Shown piece by piece: positions 1-14,744 of a stretch of 64,000 bases of DNA. The position numbers and the translations under genes were made by a program. Source of the DNA: Saccostrea cucullata. Taxonomy: Eukaryota. Every line of letters begins with the position of its first letter. Within the stretch, counting starts at the first letter, position 1. The stretch is taken from contig NW_026925910.1 in NCBI RefSeq assembly GCF_032062105.1, positions 496,001 to 560,000 on the forward strand, in the 5' to 3' direction. The notes beneath the pieces are model-generated. The model saw only the letters and a list, made by a program, of their open reading frames with translations, was not told the origin of the DNA and made no database searches.

Positions 1-108
1 GATGGACAGACAGTAAGACAGATTGATTACTATATATATCACCTACAAATTCTTGTGGGGCCCCAATTACATTGTGAAAAAGTAAAAGATGCTTCAACAA
101 ATACTTAC

Positions 109-3100
109 GTTTTTTTTGACACTGCAAGCAGGTTTGTAGAATTCTATCATCATTGCACTCAGCCTGGAATTCTTTAGAGGCATCTGATGCCTGAAAAAGA
201 AAATTTTATTTGTAACTGAAAACCAAAAAGTTTCAGAAATATATTCAATTTATTTGTAATTGAAAATGGATATCTGCATCTGTCTAGCTACTGATGTTTT
301 ACTGTACCTGTGTTGCACTTTGACCAATCACTCGCTGATGGTTGTCCATGAAACATTGATAGATATAGTGTACAGCTGCTCTGGCACATTTACCAATCTT
401 CATGGACTTAAAAAAAAAATGGAAAATTACATTTGGTTTCCACATAGTCTTAAAAATTAATTTTCTATGATTTTTTTTTTTTTCGCCAAAAATACAACTA
501 TTAAAACAAAGTAAAGTCACAGGCAAAATCCGCTCAATCTTACACAAGACAGACATTTTAAACTTCATTTTACCATAGTGGCAGCAGATGACTTGTTTGA
601 TTTCAGTGCATCCAATTCCTGCATCACCACCCACGGAATGACTAGATTAGGAAGCCCAAATTCTAGTAGGACAAATAAAATGTTAATTCTATGTCTCCTT
701 AAGCCAATGAGGTATAATCAGTAACCTTTTAATTAGCATTTTTTAAGGATAAAATCAGTTGTCAAATTATTAAATTATACTGACAAACATCACATCTACA
801 TGATCAGTATTTGTTAATTTCATTTAAATATGTAGATGAACTCAGGTGAAAACAACATGTAAATACTTTAAAATTTCAAAAACAACATCTAACTGGTAGT
901 ACAAGTATTAGCCTTTTATAACTCTAAATGAAGAAACTGGTCACTTACTTTCAAAGCAGTGGTCTCGAAGGTCTTGTACAAAAGCCAAGTTACTTATGAA
1001 CACATTGGTGTCAACAACTATGTGTAAACCCTGAAAATACAAATCCCACAATTAGAAAGAACTGCAACTGGCTGGCGACCAACTCTATACAGTGTCCACA
1101 TAAATGAACTTAAAACTTCAATTTTTAAACGATATTCTCTATTTCTTTCTCAGATAAAACTACTCATACATAAGAGAAAAGAATTTTCTTGATTCAATCA
1201 TGAATTTCCCTTTCTATACATATTGACAATTTATGTATATCCATCTAATCAATATGGAAATTTCCAACTAGACAGTTATCTCTAAAATTATGAAGTGATG
1301 ACATGATGAAAAATAACTCAAACATTATTATTTAAATTGTAATGGAAGCATCTGTGTTACCTAGGACTACAATTTTTAAAAAAAAGAAGAATATTTTGAC
1401 TCCTTAAGTATAACTTACATGGTCTACACTGTGGATATGCCCTGGTTGGCCTGAGGTGAAAACTTGTGTCAGTGTTCCTATCACTTCACTTGGATACTTC
1501 TTCACAGATTCCCGGACTTCTTTCAGCTGAAATATTGAAAAATAACTTTTGGCTCAATTTCAAAGGTTTATCATTTTATACAATATTATACAAATTACAA
1601 AACAGTTGAAAAAGAAATCTTTTTTTCTTCGGGGCCAATAACATATTTTTCCAGAATAACCAGCTATACCTGATACATACAGTTATGTAATTGCTTATCA
1701 TTTGGTATTTTGTTACCCTTTTATATTCATCTCTTGAAGACAACTTGAGCAAACAACTAGTAGTGGGATAGGAAAATGTCTACTGAGATATCATTTGATT
1801 GTTGATAAAAGTATTTAAAACTCAATTTCATGATATTAACACACATGAAAATTTTCAAAGACTAAACAGTCTATACCACTATATCAGATACATCCATCTC
1901 CTCGATCTCTCTGTCATCCTCTCTAGAGAGCACCTGCTGGACTTCATCAATCTCCATACTGATCTCCTCTCGCCGCTTCTGGTTGATGGGAACAGGAGTT
2001 TCATGGACACCTGGGGTAATATAAAATAAAATACTTATCTAAATGACACTAGCTAAAAGTTTCTCTGCCACTATCTTCCATAAAATGCATTTTAAGTCTG
2101 ATGTAGAAATGGAACATCTTTAAAAAATTTATAACATAATTAAATGACATTCAACAATGATGTGTACTAACCTTTCCATGGATTGACAACAGCTTTCTTC
2201 ACAGGACCATCATTTTTGATTGTCAGAGTGATATTGCTGAGATTACTTGTATCACCCACAGACAAAAACCCACTGTCATGTGACTGAACCAGCACTTTAC
2301 GATTGTCATTCTCCAGACTGAAAGTTCCAGAGTCTGGTGAACCTTGATACAAAGTTGGATCCAGGAAGTCACCCAGAGGATCTGATGGAGGGTCATCCGA
2401 CTCTAAATGATTGATCCATGACTGAATATCCTCCCTTTTCTTAGGGTCATTTAGCAGTAAATTATCTGGAGATGATTCTCTTGGTGAGAGATTACATGTG
2501 TCAAAAGCTGAAGGAGGAGATCTTTTCACAACTTTTCTGGTATCGCAGAAATTCCATTCTTCTACACCATCAGCTTTCAATCTTTTGTTGGTAAGTTTAT
2601 TATCTTGAGATAAAGACTCTGCACTTCTCTTCAATGTCATTTTTTCAGATGAAGCCTTTTGTGATGAAAGTTTAATGACCTTTTTGTGTGGAATATTCTC
2701 AGAATTAACAGAATTTTTATCAAAGGTAATCTTTTTTGTTGGTGCCTTATTATGCTGTGATTGTTCATTTGTGGCAATAGGAGGTCTGCTACTCTTTCCT
2801 TTCACAATTTTGCTGGAATCTTGTTGAACAGATTTAGGATGTACTGAATTTGAAGGATGTAAAGGTTTATCTAATGCTGGTTGTGATTTAACTTTGCACT
2901 GATCTTTCTGTTGCTGGACGGACACTGGATTAGATTTGACCTGCTGATTTACAATGCCCAAGGAGTTACTTTGTGTGGTAGTACCTGAATGCAGGTTAGC
3001 CGAATTATAAGTTCCTGAAGGAAAGGCATTACTAGCACCAGAATCTGTTCCATCATGTGACAGCTCTAGATCTAAGCTGTCATTCTCATCACTGTCCTGG

Positions 3101-3575
3101 GCTGGTGAAAACTGGGCTTCCTGATAATTGGACCGAGGCAATATGGGCCCTGTTGTAGTCTCTACTTTCCTACTACCACCCATTGCATGTTTATTTGATG
3201 ACTTGCTCTCTGATGATTTCTGAAATGTTTATAACTATCCATATCAATCTGTGATGTTTATTATACGAATTAAATAAAAGAAATTCCATGTATATTTTCT
3301 ATGATGTTAGTTTGAGTGAATAATCAGAAAAAAATTCAAGCATATTTGTTAGTGTGACTTTTTTTTTTTAGCAAACAGTGACAGTGAAATTGCTTGAATT
3401 GATATATATTTTGTACACAAGTACTTACTAGATAAGGTTTGAGAAGTTCAGGGACCTCCCAGGTAGACACTCCCGTTAATGTATTGAAATAATAGACCTT
3501 GTCTGGATAAGTCTTGGATTGTTTAACCACCCAACCATTCGGCAATTCCTGTTTTTCATGTTTTTTATAGCTCAT
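109..3575 (-). CDS. SWT1: SWT1 PIN-domain RNA endoribonuclease with N-terminal WW domain (multi-exon; 3' end runs off the window start)
   Basis: Exon 3575-3429 encodes a WW domain (LPNGWVVKQSKTYPDKVYYFNTLTGVSTWEVP). It is followed by a large low-complexity exon 3219-2172 and small exons ~2009-1877 and ~1526-1419. PIN motifs follow in exons ~1030-949 (HIVVDTNVFI), ~662-573 (LVIPWVVMQELDALK), ~407-307 (ARAAVHYI...RVIGQS) and ~190-109 (NDDRILQTC). Junctions are GT/AG. Confidence 0.88.
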
Positions 3576-5037
3576 TTTACATAGCTGTCAAAAAGTTGAT
3601 CTGAAAAACACAAAGATTGATCATCACTGACTAGTAATAAATACTCTGTGTGTACTTAAAATAGCGGACTTCATATTCTGGCGGCTTTGGCGCAGACAAT
3701 GATGCACTAATTCATGAATACCGCAAAGAAATAATTTATATAAGTAGAATATACAGCACAAATGTGTAGCGCTAATTTATGATTACGTCATCAATTCCAT
3801 ATCCATTGATTGCGCTAAATTTTGAATATACGTACAGTATATTTTTCTCAAGGATACATATCACTGTGAACCTATAATTCTATTGTGTTCTTAATTTAAT
3901 TGTTTTCCCAGTCGCAAAAATAAATAGTTGTGGATGATTTCAGAAAGACAATTATAATAGGGAATAAAAGATGTCAAAAAAACATAGCATTAGGCAATCA
4001 GAGATTACAGAGCTCACCATGCATGGGCAGGATATGTTGATTGTTGAAGATTAAAATTTGCATGGGGAATCTTTTATACAATCCATGTAATACATGTACC
4101 TCAGTGCCTACAACATTACAGAGATGACATCTTCATTGTGGGATCAAGGTGAAATAGTAAATACTGGGTTTTTTTTAGTCCAACAATGACTTCTGACATC
4201 ATTTATTGACATCCCATGGCTCCTAGCTTGATCATTTGTCAAAATTGTTAAATACATAAATACGCATTCATCACTGAAAATTTTTAATGGTATTTTTTTT
4301 TAAATTGTCTGCAAAGTAAAACTAAAGGAATAAAGAACTGGCCAGGGTTATCTTTCTTACTTAATTGATTGCAAATAAATAATGCAATTATTAGTAAGTT
4401 ACAATATCTGAGCTTCTGTCATGCAAGCATACGGTGTATTCAATGGTTCCATAGAACATAGACTATGCCATAAAAATGATACCCACTCTAGTTGTGCAAA
4501 ACTCCAACAGCCAGCAGGTGGCTTCTGGTTTGCATGTTTTTTTCTCAGACAGTACCGGAAACTGACTCCATAGTCGCAAAAGAGTAAAATAGTCAGACTT
4601 GTTACTTAGCCTAAAAATTATATAAATATGCTATAATTTTTAATACAATCATATATGTATATTTGCATAGTTTGTCATGAATGCTTTTCTTTCTAAAGTG
4701 AAAATTACGACATAAACAACAATTTTTTATGAACCCGATGTGTAAAGTAATCATCCAATCGAAGAAAAGAATGTGTGACATTATCAAATAACAATATTAA
4801 AAATCAAAAGAATAAATTTATTAGGGTAAATTAATTTATTTAGATTTGACGATCTGATTAGATTATATTTTTTTAAAAAAAGAGAATTCGTCGGGATCAA
4901 AATTTCCTACTTTACACGTTCTACTTCCGGTTTATTTGTTTGGATTGCTGTGAGAGAATTAAAATTGTAAAAATCTGGACTTCTTCAAACTAAAATGAAA
5001 TTCTACGGGTAGTGCAAAGTTTTCTGCATGGTTAACA

Positions 5038-8000
5038 ATGATTGAGGGAACAACCCGTGAAAACCAGCTATCAATTAACCTTGGGTTTGATGATTACAGC
5101 AATGGAAAAGACTACAAAAAGAGACAGTCAGTTTTCAGGGTAGGTAACCATTCAGTTACTGAGTTAGGGGACAGTTCTTGATGTTTGTCGATGTACTACA
5201 ATTATGTGACAGTAAATGCACATAATAGATCTACACTCTATTTATTTTAATGAAAGTATATAGTCTGTCACATCCATTACATTTAGCTTTCAGGGCCTAG
5301 GAACAGAGGCGTTTGTTTCATACAGTAAGCTTAGTTTTCTACTATATAATAACACAAGGTATCCATCTTTCTGGAGACCAAAAATGTAGGTCACCAATTC
5401 AAACCCCTTTTTTATTTATTATCCGCAACTGGCCACAGAAACCCCACATGTAATTAATAATTCACTTCTTGGACTTGGCCCCATATATACTTACCTCACC
5501 CCCTTGCAAACTTTGACACTGGCCATAAAATTACATTTAAGTCATTTAAAAGAAAAAGTAATATCTAAACAGCTCATCACTTCCGGCTTGGCAACTGCGA
5601 TATAATACACAAGATCTCATTGGCTACTGGTACATTTTGCACTAGTGTAGAGAGGATCCTTAGCAAAATAATTTTGCATAAAATAACTATTAAATCATCT
5701 TAAAAATTACCCAAACGTTGTCATCTTACAAAATATTTGTCAGAAACTTAGAACAATATCGATTTTCAAATTTGCACCAAAATAATATTTCGGGTTTCTC
5801 TTGTGTCTTATACAGTTGCATGGAAAACTCCTGAGAGTACAGTAGCCAATGAGATCTTGTGTATTTATATCGATATATTGCCAAACTGGAAGTGTAAATA
5901 AAATGTTGTTAAAAGTTAGCACTTTCATGCCTTGGTTTGGTAATGAAACGTGTAATTTTATGGCCAGTGTCAAAGTTCGCGAGGGGGTGAGGTAAGGAAA
6001 TATACATGGGGTCCAAGAAGGGGGATTCTGCTAACCTTTACATGTGGGGTTTCTGTGGCCAGCTGTGGATAATAAATAAAAAAGGGGTTTGAATTTTTAA
6101 ATCATTTTTTTAAAGAATAATTAACAATAAGGTTTGTGTTATTATATTGTTAGAAATCTAAGCTTAAATCAATATGAAAAAGCATATTTTGCATATAGGG
6201 GTTGTGATATGTGCTTATGACACAATATCTAGTCAATAAAAATTTTGATTTGACCTCTCTACACAGAGACATCAGACCAAAACTTTTAGACTGTACAAAT
6301 CTCTCTTAGATCAAAATAAGTTCATTGTCAAAAAAAAGGCAATATGCATTAGTGGTGTGTTGCACTATGTGGCAAATCACAGAATATTCCGAAAAAATAC
6401 AAGCACATATGACTTTCTTGTTTCTAAATTTGCTGCCAGTACATAAAAAATGATTCAATTTATGTCAATAAGAATATTACTGGATGTTAATTAATTTGAA
6501 TGATGGCACATACAGGGATCGACACTAACTTTTAAACCATAGTTGTCAGCAGGGCTAACCATTTTGAATTTCTACTAGCCCTGTTCATGTATTAGTTGTC
6601 CAGCAGCTGAAGGCTGGTGGCCGAGGCACGAAGCGATGAGGGGGGTAGGTGCGGGAGGGGGTTTGCTCCTGCATGTGGCTAATCACACAATAATCGAAAA
6701 TTTTGAAAATAGAGATGCCAAATCCTGCATTCTGTCTGTATTTTGGGTAGAAATTATATGCCACTCTATGACTGTACCTTAGACATTCTTCTATTCGAAT
6801 CCAAATTTAACATATATAATCATTTAGGGTATTTTCACCTTTAAATTTTACAATTTTGACATACAAAAAAAATAATTATAAACGTTTGAAAATAGATTTA
6901 ATAATTATTAGATACATTGTATGTCATTGATAATTATTTTTGTTGCTCTGGGTGAGTATTTAGTAAAATTCTTAGTAGCCCTGCAGGGCAAGTTTAAAGG
7001 CATGTTTGGTAGCCCAACCTCAATATTCAGTTGTCCCGGGCTAGCGGGCTACCGTTAGTGTCGAACCCTGACATATCAGTGGTATAATGGGAAAAGAATG
7101 CAAAATCTTGATTGTGATATGTTTTTCTTTTTAAGGTATGGAAAAGACTGTCTAGTTTACAGAGAAGTGTGATTTGTTTTGTTTTACTATTGGGAGGAAT
7201 CAGTATTATATACATAGTGTCATCAGTAAGAAAAGGTCATAGAGGTAGTTATGGAGGACCAAGTGAACTCAGTGATTTTCTGGACTCAAAAGAGAGACAG
7301 CAGATGGAGCAAGAGAAGCGAGAATACATACAGAAAATGAAACGGAGACATGCTGCCGAGCAAGTTAATCAAATAGTGGTAAGTTTGGAAAATGGTCAAT
7401 ACATGAACGTCCTTAAATATCAAATAGCTGCAAATTTTGATTATGCAAATAGGATAGAGTGAGCATAGGAAAAATTTCAAAGCAGAGTGAAAAGAAAAAA
7501 TGTTTAAAATGTGATGAAATCATCCACGTATATAAATATGTCTTATTTTTAATGAAGAAATTGTTTGATTCAACACAGAAAAAGAACCAGGAAAATATCA
7601 GGATTAAGAAAGGACCACCCTCAAGAAAGAAATCCGAGAAAGAAGACAAGGGACTGGACAGAGTACAGCTTCCTCCTTACGAAAAAGAGGGACAATTGGT
7701 AAGGGACGAGCGATTTCCCCATGGGAACGAGGATGAAGATAATGACAGAGACGACAATGTTGATGGACATTTAGTAAGGGAGACAAATAGCTGCTGCTTG
7801 TTTTGAATGACATTCCAAAAATGTAGCAGTCAAAGCTTCTCTGGTGTTATCATGATTTACAGTATGCTATACATGTATATAGGCATATGGGAATTAATAT
7901 CGTATGTCCGCTTTATTCATATGGCTCAATTTAAATTATTTTAACATTTACATCATATGATCAAACCAATACATGTATATTAGAAAGGGAAAAAAGCTGC

Positions 8001-11000
8001 AATATTTAGAAATACAAAGATTATTTATCAAAAAATTTATCATTTGTTGTTGCCAATACATCTAAAATATGCTGTTATAGTGTTAGCTTTCTCTGACAAC
8101 ATTGTAAATAATTCATATCTGAATAGAAGTACCGGTAATATCATCAGTATTTTAAATTATTTGTAGAATTTACCTCCAAAGACAGCAGGTGATGATTTTG
8201 TGGACCAAGCAAGTGATGGGCCTTATGACTATTTTGATCGTAAGTCCATTCCAGTTCTTACTTATTTAACCTTTTGCGTTTGATAATGTTATAAGTATTT
8301 AATATGCTCTTGGGTACATTCACAACAGCCTTTCAAGAAATATTGTGATTTGTCTCAAAATCAGCATGGCTAAATTAAAAAAAAAATCATCAATATGTAC
8401 ATATTTAGACTTTCAGATATTAGAGTTTGAGACATTAAGTAATAATACAGAATGATCAAAGATTTACTTCAACATACATATAGAATTGATATCTAACTTC
8501 ATGTGATTCAAGGTTCCAAGATTCTACTAAATGAATCTTATACTTATAAATACATGTACATCTAATTCTTCATTGTAGCAAAGAGACAGTTTTCAGAAAA
8601 GCAGAAAGCAATTCAAGATGCCTTTAAGTTTGCCTGGAAGGGATATAAACAGCATGCCTGGGGCCATGATGAATATCATCCAATCAGTAAGAGCCACTCT
8701 GAGTGGTTTGGAGTGGGTCTGACTATCGTAGATTCTGTTGATACAGCCATTATCATGGGACTTAAAGATGGTAAAACATTCATGCTTTGTTTTGAACATT
8801 GACAGAATATTCATGTACATCCAGCTAAATATGTGTTAACTTGATTCTTAGTTAAAGATAACAAAATCTGTGTTAGAGAAAAATGGTACAGACTTGAATT
8901 CCATTTTAATTAGAGACTGCAAAATTAGATGAATTAATTTTTTTTCCGGTTGCAGAAGTTATTTCCTCATAAGTATATAAGCATAATACAGAAAACATTT
9001 GAGGAACACAAAAAAGATGTGCCATTATTGGTTGAAATTTTTCATTACAGAATATTTGGAGGCTAGAGAATGGGTTGACAAGTCCTTGACCTTTGACAAG
9101 GATAAAGATGTCAACTTGTTTGAGATCACTATCCGTGCCTTGGGAGGACTTCTGTCTGCTTATCACCTGACAAATGATGAAGTATTTAAAAACAAGGCTG
9201 TAAGTCTAATACTCTAAGAAAACAAATAAAATCATCTAAAAATGTATTATAATTATTGCATCATTAAGTTTTAGATCTTCGGCTTATTCTTATTCTCTTC
9301 TACTTAAAATACTGATCAACTTTCTTGTAGAAAGAGTTGGGGGATCGCCTTTTACCTTGCTTTAAATCTCCGTCAAATGTCCCTTTCTCTGATGTGAACC
9401 TGAGGACTGGACATGCCCACGCCCCCCGGTGGGGCCCTGACAGCAGCACATCAGAGGTGACCACCATACAATTGGAATTCCGAGATCTCAGCAGAATCAC
9501 AAAGGATAATAGATATGAGGTCAGCAGACATAATTTGATTTTAGCATTTGAAATATATATTTTTGTCATCAGGTCTACACAAAAGAGCATTGTACTTCCA
9601 ACTTGTTGGAGTTCAGGCTGTAATTTCATAGGTGTGAACAGTTCACTATTCATTCCCAAATGCACTAAATTGACTTCTCTTGAATGGATAATGAATCTGT
9701 GGTTTACAATTGTATTCTTGGTTTACAGTATTTTTGAACATGTAACTAAACTTTGCATCTAAAAGACGTGCATTATTTGTATGATTGATCAGATTGTAAT
9801 CTAATTTTGAATTTGAAAAATGCACAGTACTGTTGTATTCATGAATTTCTGTACAATTTTTCAGCATGCAGTAGATGTAGTGTCAGAACATGTTCACAAA
9901 CTACCAAAGAAGGATGGACTAGTGCCAATATTTATCAATGCCAATACAGGGTCTTTCAGAAGTTCTGCCACCATTACATTTGGTGCTAGAGGAGACAGTT
10001 ACTATGAGTATTTATTGAAGCAGTGGATACAGACAGGAAAACAGAAGGAGTAGTATGTATCTTCAACATGTATCATAGAATATCAAGTTTTAAGAGGGGA
10101 AATGTACAATAAATACTTATTGTCAACAACCAAGTAAAGCATAGAGGAATGTGCTCTGAATTCTTTTTTAAAACATCTATGATGATTTTGTTAATACCTG
10201 GATTTTTTTTTCTACAGTTTGAAACAGGACTATGTGCAGGCAGTAGAGGGCATTAAGACTCACTTACTGAAGGAATCTGAACCCAGTAAACTGCTGTACA
10301 TAGGGGAGCTACTGGGAGGGAGGTCATTCAGTCCTAAAATGGTGAGGCAGCTGTAGCAAGTGTTCATATCACTTATCAATTATATCCATTCTGCAACTGT
10401 TTCAATGGGATTTTCATATGAATTCTAGTTGTTTAAAAGTATTAATTTTTTTGGGGGGGGGATTTTAATCAATATTCATTTGATTAAAAAACATGAATTT
10501 TCATTGATACCCGGTACATGATAAAAAAAAAAATTGGCATCAACCATAGGGATATACTTTTGAAAATATTTTTTTCTTCTCATTCATTCATACAGTATTA
10601 TAGACCTGGAATAATAAAAAAAAACCAATTTCACTTTTTCTTTCATTTTCACAGGATCATTTAGTTTGTTTTATGCCAGGAACATTGGCTTTGGGGCATC
10701 AACATGGTCTTCCAAAGGATCATATGGAAATTGCCACTAAATTAGCGAAAACATGTTATGAAATGTATAATAAAATGCCAACCAAACTCAGTCCTGAGAT
10801 TGTGTATTTTAATCAGGCACCAGGTTCCAGTGATGATCTCATAGTCAAAGTAAGGCAGAAATAATTTTTGCAATACTCTTAAATTTGTGAGAAATGTTTT
10901 GGAAATTATTTCCTTTTTATTGTGTAAAAAGAAAATTTTAAATGCTTCATAATTCTGGAAATGTTATCTCCTATACTAAACTAGGTATACTTCAAATAAT

Positions 11001-11405
11001 ATATTTAACTCTGTGATAAGTATTTAACTCTGTGATAAGTATTAAACAAAGAACTTGCTTCTTCCATTTCAGCCGCTAGATGCCCACAACCTGTTGCGTC
11101 CAGAGACCGTAGAGAGTCTATTTTACATGTACCGATTTACTCAGGACAAGAAGTACCGAGACTGGGGCTGGCAGATCTTCCTAGCCTTCATGAAATACAC
11201 CAAGATCGAGGGGGCTGGCTTCTCCTCCATCAACAATGTCAAGAGCCCGAGTAACCCAGGGTACAAAGACAAACTAGAGAGCTTCTTCTTAGCAGAGACT
11301 CTCAAGTACCTGTTCTTATTATTCAGTGACGATCCTAAACTGATACCCCTAGACAAGTTTGTGTTTAACACTGAGGCTCATCCCCTGCCCATTTACTCCG
11401 AGTGA
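5038..11405 (+). CDS. MAN1B1: ER mannosyl-oligosaccharide 1,2-alpha-mannosidase (GH47), 11 coding exons
   Basis: ATG 5038 ([10 protein letters not shown]...[17 protein letters not shown]|[11 protein letters not shown] + TM helix). Approximate exons: 5038-5139, 7136-7378, 7579-7773, 8167-8238, 8579-8770, 9051-9199, 9331-9519, 9865-10052, 10219-10342, 10655-10849, 11073-11405. GH47 motifs: [78 protein letters not shown]. Confidence 0.95.
5326..6166. mobile_element. Foldback/MITE with ~300-bp imperfect inverted arms in MAN1B1 intron 1
   Basis: TAAGCTTA at both ends. Arms mirror each other, e.g. cttacctcaccccc...actttgacactggccataaaattaca versus tgtaattttatggccagtgtcaaagt...gggggtgaggtaag. Confidence 0.85.
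6513..7070. mobile_element. Non-autonomous DNA transposon (hAT-like termini, 5-bp TSD)
   Basis: TIR CAGGGATCGACACTAAC / GTTAGTGTCGAACCCTG, flanked on both sides by ACATA. Confidence 0.8.
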
Positions 11406-12127
11406 TTTTAATAATTGTTCTTGTGTCAAATAGAGTGATTGTATGTGTGTGTAGGATTTAAAGTACATTCATAGGATATATTGTGTGCTAGATTAATGTG
11501 AATATTTGGTGCATCTCCTTATAAGGTGTGTGAATAATTTACCATGTGATATACAATGAAAAGATACAACACTGAATTTGCTCATTATTGTAAATTTTTA
11601 CACTGAACATAGAATATACGAAGACTGAACATATTTGAAATGTTTGTACATTATTTAAGCTATAAGTGTGCAATCTGTGTGTTATGCTCTAAATCCATCT
11701 TGTATGCTTGATTATGTTAATATCTTCTGTCTTTAGTTTAATATTTCTTCTCATGTGTATTGCTTGTCAAAAGCAAGTTTTCTCTTATTATCCAAGGGTT
11801 CTTTTTGAAATGTTGAAAATGTATTTTTCATTTATTTACTGACTTCATTATATTATTTTAAATCAACCTTACTGCATATAAAAAATGTATGTGTATATTA
11901 GGTTGTATGAACAGTGTTAAATAATTTTTTAGTATGTGAATTGAAACAGTATAGAAGATTTATGATTTGGTTAACTCTGGTGTTTCAACACTGGTGGAAA
12001 TATTAATCATAAAAAATTCATAACACTTTAAAGCTGAAATATGCTACTAATGGTATTCTGTTATTTTATCCACAAAAAGGGAGTGTATATAAAGTAATAT
12101 CACAGTAATATTGGTCAAAATTAATCT

Positions 12128-12202
12128 TAGCTGCAGAACTGTAGCTCTCTGCTTTATCTTTTCCGAATTTTCTCAAGCAGAGAGCTACAGTTCTTCAGGC
12201 TA
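12128..12202. mobile_element. 75-bp mini-MITE (hairpin) with 9-bp TSD, AcademH-like termini
   Basis: TAGCTGCAGAACTGTAGCTCTCTGCTT...AAGCAGAGAGCTACAGTTCTTCAGGCTA, flanked by the direct repeat AATTAATCT. Same TIR as 33277-34347. Confidence 0.8.
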
Positions 12203-12660
12203 AATTAATCTACTACATATCAACTCATTTAAATGAAATGGAATAATAATAATAATAATATGCAGTAAGACAGAAGAGATTCAAGTAAGAGTGTTACATG
12301 TAGAAAAAAAAATTACAAATGTATTTCCACCATTTTAAAATAATTACAAGTTCCAGTAGGTTTGTGTAAATATTTGTGTTTACCTCATTATTATTATTTT
12401 AATTTCTTGCATCTTTGATTTGTTTTCAGATTATTTATTATGATCTTACTTCACATTCCTAGTCATATACTGTACTTGTTGCATTGTATTGTTTTTTTTT
12501 ATAAGAACTGTGTCATATAATAATGATGTGGTCAGGGAAAACATAATAGGAATATTTTTTAAATATCACTAAAATTCTTGTTTAGATAAAATTCTTTCAT
12601 AATATTAAAATCTATGTAGAACATAAATGATTTTACCAAAGAAACTTGTATATTCAATTA

Positions 12661-13077
12661 CAGTCAAACCTCGTTATCCTAACTTGATGAAACCAAGACA
12701 ATAGTTTGAGATATCTGAGGATTCAAGATATCCAGGGTTAAATACATAAGAAATAAGTGCTTGGGACTTCAAAATCACTTAAACATATCCATATTATTTG
12801 ATAGCGGTGATCTAGATATCGCAAGTCGACTGTACATGTATGAATTAGCTACCGTATAAGTAGAATTTTTAGCGAGGATTTAATTTTGGCATTATTAGCG
12901 AGGGTGCCGAGATCGCTAAAATTAAATATCGCTAAAAATTAATTGCGTTTATTTGTAATAGCCTCTTTAATGTGCATTTTAAAATCGCTAAAATAACATC
13001 TTGCTAAAAATAAATTACCAGTTTTTAAGGACTAATCGCTAAATTTGTGTCTCGCTAAAATTTCCACTAATATACGG
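12661..13077. mobile_element. Two adjacent Tc1/mariner-type MITEs (TA-flanked)
   Basis: TA|CAGTCAAACCTCG...GTCGACTG|TA (~12661-12832) and TA|CCGTATAAGTAG...CTAATATACGG|TA (~12852-13077), the latter with internal cgctaaaa repeats. Confidence 0.65.
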
Positions 13078-14559
13078 TATTAAAATAATGAGCAGATTTT
13101 ATTGCAAAAAATGTCACCTAAGGAGACTAATTACAGTGAATGCAAAATGTATTTTAAAGATGTTAAAACAATTATAGAGTTTTGTGCTGAATGAATATTG
13201 TCTGTTTGTCCTCTGTGTCTTGTAAGGTTGTCAGTCTATTACTTATAAACTTTTTCATAACTTTAAGATGCACTGCCAGAACTAACAGTGAACACATATG
13301 AACATTAATTTTTTCTTGAATTTAAAGCTTGACCAGTAGTGCAATTTAATCTATACAGCATTCTAGATGGCACAGATTTTATATTTTCATATTCATACTT
13401 AATATACCAACATCAAGGGTCTATTTTTGGGCAGTATGAGATTACAAAAAGTAGTTTTTATGTATTTTTGGATATTTCTTGAATTTATTTTTTTAATCTA
13501 GATTTTGTACAGAAACAGTGGACTCTACACTTTTCATTCCCTTTGCATTAAATATCATACAGTTGACTTCTATTCTGCTTCTGTATCAAGGGGGGAAATT
13601 ATTTTTTTGATCTAGATTTTGTACAGAAACAAAATAGTCATTAATATAAATTAGATTTAGTGGACTGTATACTTTTCATTCCCTGTGCATTAAATATCCT
13701 ACAGTTGACTTTTATTCTGGTTCTGTATCAAGAAAGTAAAGGGGGAAAATTCCACATGATCGATCAAGAGTCAATTTTTTATACATTGTAATTTTGGGAA
13801 ATTCCAATTTTTTTTCCAGGTTATTGTTTGTGAAACTTGTATTGGGCACCTAATATCTAAGGGAAAAATACATACACATAATAGTGACTAAATGGTCCAG
13901 AATTGATATTTTATTCTTGAAATGTTTAGAATTTCTTAACTCTAACCTGGGAAGAAATTACTAAGGAATAACTGGCCATAACCTGTTTTGGGTCAGTTTA
14001 CGGTTTATAATCCGCGAAGCGGATTATAAAAAAGCGTAAACTGACCCAAACCAGATTATACTCGATAATATGGCCAAGAATTAAAGTCATTCCTTATAAT
14101 TTAATTTTTAAATAATTAAACAACTTTTGATGTAAAATTGTGTTGCTTTTTATAAGTTCAAATTTACCGCGCAATAATACAACCGTAGTAACGGAAGTGA
14201 TTTGAAGCGAGGGGAGGTAATAACTGATACATAGATCTAGCAGCCATGATGTTTGTTAACATGAGGTAAGAACGAGTAATTCTTTAAAGTTGAAGGTACA
14301 TTTATTAAATGGAATTTTCCATGGATTCCGAGGACTGGAAATGAGGGGATTGCATGGATATGATGATGAAGCTGGTCGTCAAGGGGGTGTGTCCCCATAC
14401 CAAACCAGATTATACAAAATGTTATGCGTTCCTTTTTGGAAATCAACCAATGAGAGGCGAGAATACAAATAAAATTAAATTATTCTTGTATGTAATTCTT
14501 CATTGACTCTTGATTATTTAGTTTTTCTCATGTAAGGAATCCATTCATGAGACTAAACC

Positions 14560-14621
<62 letters not shown>

Positions 14622-14700
14622 TGTCGTCGTTGTCGTCGTAAACTTTTCATCTTCTTCTCAAGAACCACTGGGACAATTTCAACCAAACTTGCTACAAAGT

Positions 14701-14744
<44 letters not shown>

